Positions 44,866 through 52,610 of a DNA stretch of 64,000 bases are shown here, piece after piece (position 1 is the stretch's first letter; the number at the start of each line of letters is the position of its first letter). The notes under the pieces are model-generated. The model saw only the letters and a program-made list of their open reading frames with translations. It ran no database searches and was not told the origin of the DNA. The stretch covers positions 17,194 to 81,193 of the forward strand of contig CAZJQL010000003.1 in assembly GCA_964548665.1 (NCBI GenBank), read 5' to 3'. A program made the translations under genes and the position numbers. The DNA is from an uncultured Methanosarcinales archaeon (lineage in GTDB: Archaea; Nanobdellota; Nanobdellia; Woesearchaeales; 21-14-0-10-32-9).

Positions 44866-45999
44866 TCAGAATTTATTCTTATATTTCTTTAGTATTTCTG
44901 CTGGGCCAATGATGAATCTTTTATTGATGTGCATATCTTTTATTTTTTTTATGTGCTCAGAAAATTCTGATAATGGAACAGTTTTTCCGTTCAATTTAAC
45001 TAATGCTTCGCTTTGGTAAATATTTTTCTTCCTCGTTTCATCAAAATAGTAATATTTTGAGGGGAATTTTGAGGAAATCTCTTTTTTTATTTTTTTCACA
45101 TCTAATGAGTGCGCTTTAATGTCTAATGCTATGAATTTTCCTTCAGATAAATATCTCGTTGTTAAATCTCTTAGTATTTTATCTTTAGATAACTTCCACT
45201 TATTAAGATGATATTCTACTGTGGAATCATCAAATTGAAGAAAATCTTTCAATTCAAAATCAGCATAAAGCATCTTTTTTAACAAGTCATCAAGAAAAAC
45301 ATCTTCTCTGGATTCGTGTAAATCTGAAACTCTTTTGAAAATTGAATCAAGCAAAGCATCTTTTGCAATTATTGCATGATGAAAATATAATGATTGAAAT
45401 AAGCTTATTCTTCCTATTATGAGATGCTCAACAGAAGTAACAATTTTTGTAGGTATTAGAACTTTTTCATCCTTTATTGTTAAATAAGCTACAATTCTAT
45501 CAACATCAGCCATACCGTAGCTAACTCCGCAAAAATAAGAATCTCTTGACATATAATCCATTTTATCAACATCTATAACCGAAGAAACCAAAGGATATAA
45601 CTCATTTTTGTGCTCTAATATATCTGCAACTTCAGGAAGTTTGTATACTTCACGTATTATTTTACAAGAAACTGCTTCATGATCAAAATCTTTTCTTACT
45701 TTCTCCCACGTGTGAGAATAAGCTCCATGACCTATATCGTGTAAAAGAGCAGCTGCTTTAAGATTAAATTTTTGTTTAGCAGTTAATTTAAGAAAAGTAT
45801 TATTGACAACTTTTTTCATCAAATTATAAGAACCTAAACAATGAGAAAATCTGTCGTGCTTTGCAGAAGGATAAACATAAAATAAGTTAGCATTTTGTTT
45901 TATAAATCTCAATCTTTGAAAAAAAGGATTCTCCACTAATGGTCTAAATTCATCCTCGACTTGGATTATTCTGTAAAGTGGATCCCGTATAAGTTTCAT
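44866..45999 (-). CDS. HD-domain dNTP triphosphohydrolase-like protein (SAMHD1/dGTPase-like)
   Basis: IRDPLYRIIQV...FFQRLRFIKQNA...YPSAKHDRFSHCLGSYNL ... AALLHDIGHGAYSHTWE ... DVDKMDYMSRDSYFCGV is the typical motif order of this family. Confidence 0.75.
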   Translation of the reverse strand: MKLIRDPLYRIIQVEDEFRPLVENPFFQRLRFIKQNANLFYVYPSAKHDRFSHCLGSYNLMKKVVNNTFLKLTAKQKFNLKAAALLHDIGHGAYSHTWEKVRKDFDHEAVSCKIIREVYKLPEVADILEHKNELYPLVSSVIDVDKMDYMSRDSYFCGVSYGMADVDRIVAYLTIKDEKVLIPTKIVTSVEHLIIGRISLFQSLYFHHAIIAKDALLDSIFKRVSDLHESREDVFLDDLLKKMLYADFELKDFLQFDDSTVEYHLNKWKLSKDKILRDLTTRYLSEGKFIALDIKAHSLDVKKIKKEISSKFPSKYYYFDETRKKNIYQSEALVKLNGKTVPLSEFSEHIKKIKDMHINKRFIIGPAEILKKYKNKF

Positions 46000-46189
46000 A
46001 AATTGTGATTAAAGTAACTATTATAAATATGTTTGTGCCAATTTAAGGAAACAAATATAAAACAAAACACAATCCGTTGTTTTAAGAAACAAAATATTTG
46101 CTACTTTTTGAAAAAATATTTAAAAAAATAAGAAAAGATAAGGGAAGATAAGAAAGACGTTATTGGAGTAATTAAGGTAAGGGGGAAAA

Positions 46190-46837
46190 ATGATGGTTAA
46201 GGCAATAATATTTGATTTATGGGGAACAATAATAGAAACAGGAGTAAATCCAAGTCCGAGCAAACAAGTAAAATACTTTCTAAGAGTAAATGCGCCATTT
46301 TCAGATTTCATACTAGCATTTGAACACAGTTTTATGACTAAAGAGTTCGATTCTTTAAAAGCAGGATTTGAAAACGTTGTTAGTGATTTTAATGTAAGAC
46401 TGCCTGAGTTTGTATACGAAAAATTAGTAGGGATGTGGAATAAAAATGCAATATTATCTAAAATGTATGATGATACAGAAAAAGAATTAGAAGAATTAAA
46501 AAATCAAGGATACAAAATATTTCTTCTAGCAAACATAGATAAATTCTCGTACGAGCAAGTTAAAGAAAAATTTAATTTAGAACAATTATTTGATGGAGTC
46601 TATCCATCCTTTAGAACAGGTTTGCTAAAATTAAACACTGATGCGTTCCATAAAATACTTGCAGAAAATAATCTCGAAGCAACTGATGTTGTAATGGTAG
46701 GAGACTCTGTTGACAGTGATATGAAAGCTGCAGAAAAAGCTGGAATAAGAGGAATACTGCTAGATAGAAATAATAAGCGTGACTTTGAAGAAAAAATAAC
46801 GGGTCTTGATCAGCTTAAAGACAAACTAATGGAATAA
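46190..46837 (+). CDS. HAD-superfamily hydrolase (haloacid-dehalogenase-like subfamily)
   Basis: Motif I is IIFDLWGTI (DxWGT, like the DxYGT variant). Motif IV is MVGDSVDSDMKAAEKAGIRGILLDR. SD-like gggggaaaa sits before the ATG. Confidence 0.75.
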   Translation: MMVKAIIFDLWGTIIETGVNPSPSKQVKYFLRVNAPFSDFILAFEHSFMTKEFDSLKAGFENVVSDFNVRLPEFVYEKLVGMWNKNAILSKMYDDTEKELEELKNQGYKIFLLANIDKFSYEQVKEKFNLEQLFDGVYPSFRTGLLKLNTDAFHKILAENNLEATDVVMVGDSVDSDMKAAEKAGIRGILLDRNNKRDFEEKITGLDQLKDKLME

Positions 46838-46839
46838 GT

Positions 46840-48072
46840 ATGGAAATATTCATATTTTTTATACTCGCAGGAATAATAATATTTTTAGGATTCATAGGAG
46901 AAATAGTATTCAAAAAAACTAATATTCCTGATGTTATGTGGCTCCTGCTTTTTGGAATAACGCTAAAAGCCATATTCTGGGAATATGATTCTTCAGTTAT
47001 AGATCAAATAGCCCCGTTTTTCACAACATTTGCTTTAATATTTATATTATTTGAAGGTGCTTTGAATTTAAGATTCAGCCAATTATTCAAAGGAATGTAT
47101 GGTGGTTCTTCTCTAGCATTAATAAACTTTTTTATAACCATGCTTGTTGTTTCAACTCTGTCTTGGATCTTAGGGCTGGGTTTCATACAAGGGTTAATAT
47201 TGGGAGCAATACTTGGAGGAACATCCTCTGCAGTCGTTGTTCCTGTTGTAAAAAGATTAAAAATATCAAAAGAAACTTCAACTGCTTTAACCTTAGAGTC
47301 AGCAATAAGCGATGTTTTATGCATAGTAACAACTATAGCAATAGTTGAAGTAGTAAAAGCAGGGGGACTTCAAATATCAGGATTTGTAGGAGGTCTTCTA
47401 TATACATTTATTGTTGCAATAGTTATTGGGGTAATTGCAGGCTTATTCTGGCTCGCGCTTCTAAAAAGAATAGAAAAATATTCCAAGTCTTATATGATCA
47501 CAATAGCATTTATGCTTTTAACTTTTGGTTTAGCAGAATTTTTGAACACAAATGGAGCAATAGCCTGTCTTGCGTTTGGAATAATATTAGGAAATTCAAA
47601 CACTGTATTTACCATTTTCAACAAAGAAGCAGAAAATACGATAAAAAACTCAGAAAGATTCTTTTACGCAGAAATTTCTTTTATAGTAAAAGCGTTTTTC
47701 TTTGTATATCTAGGATTACTCATAAACTTTTCAAATCCTATTCTATTACTGATATCTTTTTTATTTGTGATTATTTTATTTGCAGTCAGACCAATTTCAG
47801 CACTTCCTCTGAAAAAAAATACTTCTTCGAAAGATTTGGCGGTAATTGAAGGCATGGTTCCTAAAGGATTAGCTGCAGCGGTTTTATCACAAATACCAAT
47901 ACAAGCAGGAATACAAGGAGCAGAAATATTCGGAGACCTTGTTTTAGGAGTTGTATTTTTTAGCATATTGTTAAGCACAATACTGATTTTCTTAGTGGAA
48001 AAGAACAAATATGAAGGAACATCCGTTTTATTAATGAAACTATTTGCCTTATTTAAGAAAAAAGAAGAATAA
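46840..48072 (+). CDS. Cation/proton antiporter (Na+/H+ exchanger family, CPA-type)
   Basis: About 11-12 TM helices; FILFEGALNL, GAILGGTSSAVVVPV and ESAISDVLCIV patterns are typical of NhaP/CPA1-type exchangers. Confidence 0.75.
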   Translation: MEIFIFFILAGIIIFLGFIGEIVFKKTNIPDVMWLLLFGITLKAIFWEYDSSVIDQIAPFFTTFALIFILFEGALNLRFSQLFKGMYGGSSLALINFFITMLVVSTLSWILGLGFIQGLILGAILGGTSSAVVVPVVKRLKISKETSTALTLESAISDVLCIVTTIAIVEVVKAGGLQISGFVGGLLYTFIVAIVIGVIAGLFWLALLKRIEKYSKSYMITIAFMLLTFGLAEFLNTNGAIACLAFGIILGNSNTVFTIFNKEAENTIKNSERFFYAEISFIVKAFFFVYLGLLINFSNPILLLISFLFVIILFAVRPISALPLKKNTSSKDLAVIEGMVPKGLAAAVLSQIPIQAGIQGAEIFGDLVLGVVFFSILLSTILIFLVEKNKYEGTSVLLMKLFALFKKKEE

Positions 48073-48150
48073 TAAGGGGTTGTTGTAAAGCTGATTCAAT
48101 GATCTATGGGTAATCTTTTTAAATAATATGGGTTTCTCATAATATGTTGC

Positions 48151-48225
48151 GCGGGTATAACTCAGCCTGGTTAGAGTGTCGGTCTCATAAGCCGGAAGTC
48201 CCGAGTTCAAATCTCGGTACCCGCA
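48151..48225 (+). tRNA. tRNA with a CAU anticodon (elongator Met, or Ile2 if C34 is modified)
   Basis: GCGGGTA TA ACTC AGCCTGGTTA GAGT G TCGGT CTCATAA GCCGG AAGTC CCGAG TTCAAAT CTCGG TACCCGC A. It lacks the three G:C pairs in the anticodon stem expected of an initiator. Confidence 0.85.
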
Positions 48226-48391
48226 TTTAAAACACGACAAAACCTTTATTTAGGCTTAGAAAAGTTTTTAAATGAACAGCTTTTCTCGTTCATATTGTTT
48301 GATTGCTCAAAATAAGGGGTTAATCAACAATGATTAACTGATTGAAGTTAAGTTCAAATAATCAAAATAAATTATTAGGAGAGGATAAAAT

Positions 48392-48493
48392 TTGAAAAGA
48401 AGCTCAAGAAGATGGAAAAAGAAAGGCCAAATGAGATGGAAGTGGCAAAGAAAGAGAATGAAGAAAGAAAAGAGAAGAAGAGCTAAGAGATAA
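48392..48493 (+). CDS. rpl41e: 50S ribosomal protein L41e (33 aa, not in the ORF track)
   Basis: My translation from the TTG start: (M)KRSSRRWKKKGQMRWKWQRKRMKKEKRRRAKR. It matches the archaeal L41e pattern (R.WKKKG.MRWKW..KR...). SD aggagagg lies upstream. Confidence 0.7.
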   Translation: MKRSSRRWKKKGQMRWKWQRKRMKKEKRRRAKR

Positions 48494-48555
48494 AATTAAT
48501 AATCTAATAGTGTAATGATCGTATAAAATCAATAAAAATCAAAAAGGTAACAAAA

Positions 48556-49332
48556 ATGGCTGTCAAAAACGTTTCAACAAAGAAAAAATCAAAAAAAGCA
48601 TGGGTTAGCGTCTATGCTCCAGATATATTCAACAAAGCATTTCTAGGAGAAAGTTATGTTTATGGAAAGGAAGAGCTCATAGGAAAAACGTTGAATCTTA
48701 ATCTTTCGACATTCACAAATGATATGAAAAAGCAAAATATGAATGTCTTTTTTAAAATTTCAGGAGTTCATGAAGGAAAAGGCCAAGCAGAAGTTATCGG
48801 ACTCATATTAAGCCAAGCATACATTAAAAGATTAGTCAGAAGAGGAAAAAACAAGATTGAAGATTCTTTTTTGGCAAAAACCAATGATCAAAAAACTGTA
48901 AGAATAAAACCAATAATGATAACAAATGCCAAGGCTCATCAGTCTGTAGTAAGCAGATTGAGACTCGAGGCCAAGGCACACATTAAGAGAATGCTCAAAA
49001 ATCACACAGTTGAGTCTTTTATAAAAGAACTTACTGATTTGAAAATTCAAAAAGAAATAAGGGATAAACTACAAAAAATATATCCTCTTAAGTATTTTGA
49101 TGTAAGACAGGTAGTTTTAGAAAAAGATAAAGTTGTTGTTGATGAATTAATAGCAGAAACAGAAGAACTTTCTGATGAAACAATAGATGAAGACTTAGAA
49201 GGTCTAGAAGAATCAGAGGAATCTGATGAACTAGAAGAGTCTTATGAGGAAGATATTGAAGAATCAGAAGAAGATTTAGATGAATCTGATGAAGAAGAAT
49301 CAATTCCTCCAAAAACAAAAGCTAAAAAATGA
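48556..49332 (+). CDS. rps3ae: 30S ribosomal protein S3Ae (eS1) with an extended acidic C-terminal tail
   Basis: KKAWVSVYAPDIFNKAFLGES...LSQAYIKRLVRRGKNKIEDSF is the S3Ae core. The C-terminal ~60 aa are D/E/S-rich (DELEESYEEDIEESEEDLDESDEEE). Confidence 0.85.
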   Translation: MAVKNVSTKKKSKKAWVSVYAPDIFNKAFLGESYVYGKEELIGKTLNLNLSTFTNDMKKQNMNVFFKISGVHEGKGQAEVIGLILSQAYIKRLVRRGKNKIEDSFLAKTNDQKTVRIKPIMITNAKAHQSVVSRLRLEAKAHIKRMLKNHTVESFIKELTDLKIQKEIRDKLQKIYPLKYFDVRQVVLEKDKVVVDELIAETEELSDETIDEDLEGLEESEESDELEESYEEDIEESEEDLDESDEEESIPPKTKAKK

Positions 49333-49592
49333 TTTCTTTAGATTATGACTTGGAATATTCTAGAATAGTTCAAGAAGTAATTAAAAGTCAGGCTAAAAGA
49401 GTATTATTGCATTTGCCTGATGGATTAAAGCCCAAAGCAGAAGAAATACAGAAATTAATAGAACAACAAACAGATGCTCAGGTTTTAATTTGGGCAGGAT
49501 CAAATTTTGGTGCATGTGATATACCTATAGATGCAGAAAGAACTGGTGTTGATCTTATAATTCACTTTGGACACTCTGCTTGGTTATCCTGA
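49329..49592 (+). pseudogene. dph2: Truncated diphthamide synthase Dph2 N-terminal remnant (87 aa)
   Basis: AKRVLLHLPDGLKPKAEEIQKLIEQQTDAQVLIWAGSNFGACDIPIDAERTGVDLIIHFGHSAW matches the N-terminal third of Dph2 (v.LQfPeGL...GaCD...DllvHyGHs). A stop follows after SAWLS. Only 275 nt of AT-rich DNA remain before topA. Confidence 0.6.
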
Positions 49593-49867
49593 ATCATTAA
49601 TATTGATAATATCGTTCTAAAGAATGAGAAACCATCAAATTGGAATAAAATAAAAAAATAAAATAAAATCGCACTTAGCAATTTACATCATTAAGAGCTT
49701 ATTTCTTTTTTGGAGCTTTTTTCTTTGCAGCCATTTTTGTTAAACACCTCACTATAAGTGTTATAATTTCATGGATGTGCTTGCTTAAATACTTTTTCTT
49801 TTTTAAAATTTTTTTGTATAAAAAATATAGGAAACTTTTTTAATGAAAGCAAGATTAACTTAAAACA

Positions 49868-52063
49868 ATGTATGAATTGATAATAACTGAAAAGCCGAGT
49901 GCAGCAAAAAAAATTGCTGAAGCATTAAATTCTGGAAAACTAGTAAAGGAAGTTATAGATGGAGTCACAGTGTACAATGTGACTTACAAAAACAAGGACT
50001 TATACGTCGTGAGTGCAGTAGGTCACTTATTCACTGTGGCTGAAAAGCAAAAATCTTTTTCTTATCCAAGCTTTGATATACATTGGGCGCCGCTTCATGA
50101 GATAGACAAAAAAGCATCTTTTTCAAAAAAATATTTCAACGTAATAAAAAAAATCGCAAAAAAATCAAAAAGCTTCACAGTTGCATGCGATTATGATGTA
50201 GAGGGAGAGGTCATAGGGTTAAATGTTGTAAGATATATTTGTAATCAAAAAGATGCATCAAGAATGAAGTTTTCTACACTTGTTAAGGAAGATGTAGTAG
50301 AAGCATATGAGCATAAACAAAAAACACTTGACTGGGGACAAGCACTTGCTGGGGAAACAAGACACTTTCTTGATTGGATGTATGGTATAAATCTTAGCAG
50401 AGCATTAACTTTGGCAGTAAAAAAAGCAGGTTCTTTTAAGATTCTAAGTAGCGGAAGAGTTCAAGGACCTGCATTAAAAATAATTGTTGATAAGGAAAAG
50501 GAAATAAAAGCATTCAAGCCAGAGCCTTATTGGCAGATAACTCTAAAAGCAAACAAAGACAAATATGTTCTGGAAGCAATTCATGAAAAAGACAAAATTT
50601 GGGTTAAGAAAGAAGCTGAAAACATCTATAATAACATAAAAGATGAGAAAAAAGTTATTGTTAGAAGTATTGAACGAAAAAAATTCAAACAAGCCCCGCC
50701 TAATCCTTTTGATTTAGGTTCATTACAAGCTGAAGCATACAGGGCTTTTGGAATGGCTCCAAAGAAAACACTTCAAATTGCACAGAATCTTTATCTTCAG
50801 GGCTTAACATCTTATCCTAGAACATCTTCTCAGAAGTTGCCTGCTAATTTGGGTTTTAAGAAAATATTAGAAAACTTAGCTAAAGTGTCTGAATACAAAA
50901 CAAATGCAAATTATTTGTTAAGCCTTAAAAGTTTAAAGCCTAATGAAGGTAAAAAAACTGATCCTGCGCATCCTGCGATATATCCAACAGGACTTATTGC
51001 AAAAATTGATGAAACAGATGAAAAAAAGCTATATGATTTGATTGTTAAGCGATTTATGGCTACATTTGGAGAGGATGCGGAGAGAGAAACAGCAACAATA
51101 AAATTAGATGTTAAGAAAGAATTATTTGATGCGAAAGGAACTATAACTACAAAGAAAGGTTGGCACACGCTTTACGAGCCATATGTGAAATTATCTGAAG
51201 AAGAAGTTCCTGATATAAAAAATGGTGAAGAACTTAAAATTAAACAATTAGATTTATTGAGCAAACAGACACAACCTCCTAAAAGGTATACTCCTGCATC
51301 TATAATTGCTGAGCTAGAAAAAAGAGGGCTGGGCACAAAAGCAACAAGAGCAGATATTGTCGAGTCCTTATATGATAGAGGATATATTAATGATAAGTCT
51401 ATAGAGGCTACTGATTTAGGAATAAAAATAGATAATATTCTAGAAAAGCATTGTCCAGAGATAACTGATGAAGAGTTTACTAGAAAAATAGAAGAGGAAA
51501 TGGAAAAAATAAGGGATAAATCAATAAAACCTGAAGAAGTTTTGGATCACGCAAAGTTAAATCTTAACAAAATTCTTTCAAAGATAAAAAAACAAGAAAA
51601 GGAAATCGGCCAGGAATTAATAGATGCAAATAATGAAACAAGAGATGCGCTTAATACTTTGGGATCATGTCCTGTTTGTAAAGATGGTAATATAATGATA
51701 AGAAGAGGTAAATTCGGAGCTTTTGCTGCTTGCAATAAATATCCTGAGTGTAAAACAACATTTAATTTGCCTAAAAACGGTCTTGTAAAACCAACAACAA
51801 AAGTATCTCCAAAAGGTTATCCTATAATTCTTGTTATAAGAAAAGGAAAACAGCCCTTAGAGTTAAGTCTTAATGCGGAGGAAAATAACTCCGGTGCATC
51901 TGAGGATCAAAAAAAACAAATAGAGTCTATGAAAAAAGGAAAGCTTGAAAAGAATTGTCCTAAGTGTGGTTCTGCGCTAGTTGTTAGAACTAGTATTTAC
52001 GGGCAGTTTATCGCTTGCTCTAATTATCCGAAGTGTAAATACACGGAGAGTTCTTCAAATTAA
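49868..52063 (+). CDS. topA: DNA topoisomerase I (type IA) with C-terminal zinc ribbons
   Basis: Toprim LIITEKPSAAKKIAEAL...CDYDVEGE, active-site region GLTSYPRTSSQKL, and two C4 ribbons (CPVCKDG...CNKYPECK; CPKCGS...CSNYPKCK). Confidence 0.9.
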   Translation: MYELIITEKPSAAKKIAEALNSGKLVKEVIDGVTVYNVTYKNKDLYVVSAVGHLFTVAEKQKSFSYPSFDIHWAPLHEIDKKASFSKKYFNVIKKIAKKSKSFTVACDYDVEGEVIGLNVVRYICNQKDASRMKFSTLVKEDVVEAYEHKQKTLDWGQALAGETRHFLDWMYGINLSRALTLAVKKAGSFKILSSGRVQGPALKIIVDKEKEIKAFKPEPYWQITLKANKDKYVLEAIHEKDKIWVKKEAENIYNNIKDEKKVIVRSIERKKFKQAPPNPFDLGSLQAEAYRAFGMAPKKTLQIAQNLYLQGLTSYPRTSSQKLPANLGFKKILENLAKVSEYKTNANYLLSLKSLKPNEGKKTDPAHPAIYPTGLIAKIDETDEKKLYDLIVKRFMATFGEDAERETATIKLDVKKELFDAKGTITTKKGWHTLYEPYVKLSEEEVPDIKNGEELKIKQLDLLSKQTQPPKRYTPASIIAELEKRGLGTKATRADIVESLYDRGYINDKSIEATDLGIKIDNILEKHCPEITDEEFTRKIEEEMEKIRDKSIKPEEVLDHAKLNLNKILSKIKKQEKEIGQELIDANNETRDALNTLGSCPVCKDGNIMIRRGKFGAFAACNKYPECKTTFNLPKNGLVKPTTKVSPKGYPIILVIRKGKQPLELSLNAEENNSGASEDQKKQIESMKKGKLEKNCPKCGSALVVRTSIYGQFIACSNYPKCKYTESSSN

Positions 52064-52558
52064 ACACTTGTAATATTCTAAATATGTGGGATAACAATGT
52101 TTGTAACTCTCAAAGTGGATTATTTCAAATAAGCCACCCATGTTGTTTTGATGAAAAATAAAATTGTTTTCAAGAAATATTGCTGCATGTCTTATTAACC
52201 CATCTTTTTTTTGTTTATATAAAACAAGATCATAATTGTTAGGGGTCCATGTTTTTTCAAATAAAGCCTGATCTTCAACAGCCAATTTAAATGGTAATCT
52301 TCCAAAAAAACCAGGTCTATCATTTTCTGGAGGTAAAATTACTTTATCTGTTTTATTCATATTGCTATAATCAAGAAAGGGGATATTTCCAGAACTAAGT
52401 CTTTCTGCATAATATTTTTCTAGAGCTGAGTCTATTCCTAGAGTATAACAAGCTGTTCCGAAACAGTTTGACTTAATTTCATCCATGAATGGCTGAATTC
52501 CTAGTTCTGCATTATTTTTTAAAAAATCTATTCTCTCTATTGTTTTATTGTTAATCAT
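52055..52558 (-). CDS. Hypothetical protein, possible papain-fold (NlpC/P60-like) Cys-His hydrolase
   Basis: NCFGTACYTLG (candidate nucleophile Cys) and IRHAAIFLENNFIFHQN (candidate His) occur in the order and spacing seen in NlpC/P60-type enzymes. Weak recognition. Confidence 0.3.
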   Translation of the reverse strand: MINNKTIERIDFLKNNAELGIQPFMDEIKSNCFGTACYTLGIDSALEKYYAERLSSGNIPFLDYSNMNKTDKVILPPENDRPGFFGRLPFKLAVEDQALFEKTWTPNNYDLVLYKQKKDGLIRHAAIFLENNFIFHQNNMGGLFEIIHFESYKHCYPTYLEYYKCLI

Positions 52559-52610
52559 AAGTATCCAGAAAAAAATATTTTTTTAAAAAACTTTTGTTTT
52601 TAACTACTCG

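Noticed and set aside
49699-49734. An 11-codon minus-strand mini-ORF (MAAKKKAPKKK) with a GAGGTG SD-like sequence 11 nt upstream, in the dph2-remnant / topA spacer.
   Set aside because: It is too short to evaluate, there is no family recognition, and the SD-like match may be fortuitous. It is only worth revisiting if ribosome profiling or conservation supports it.
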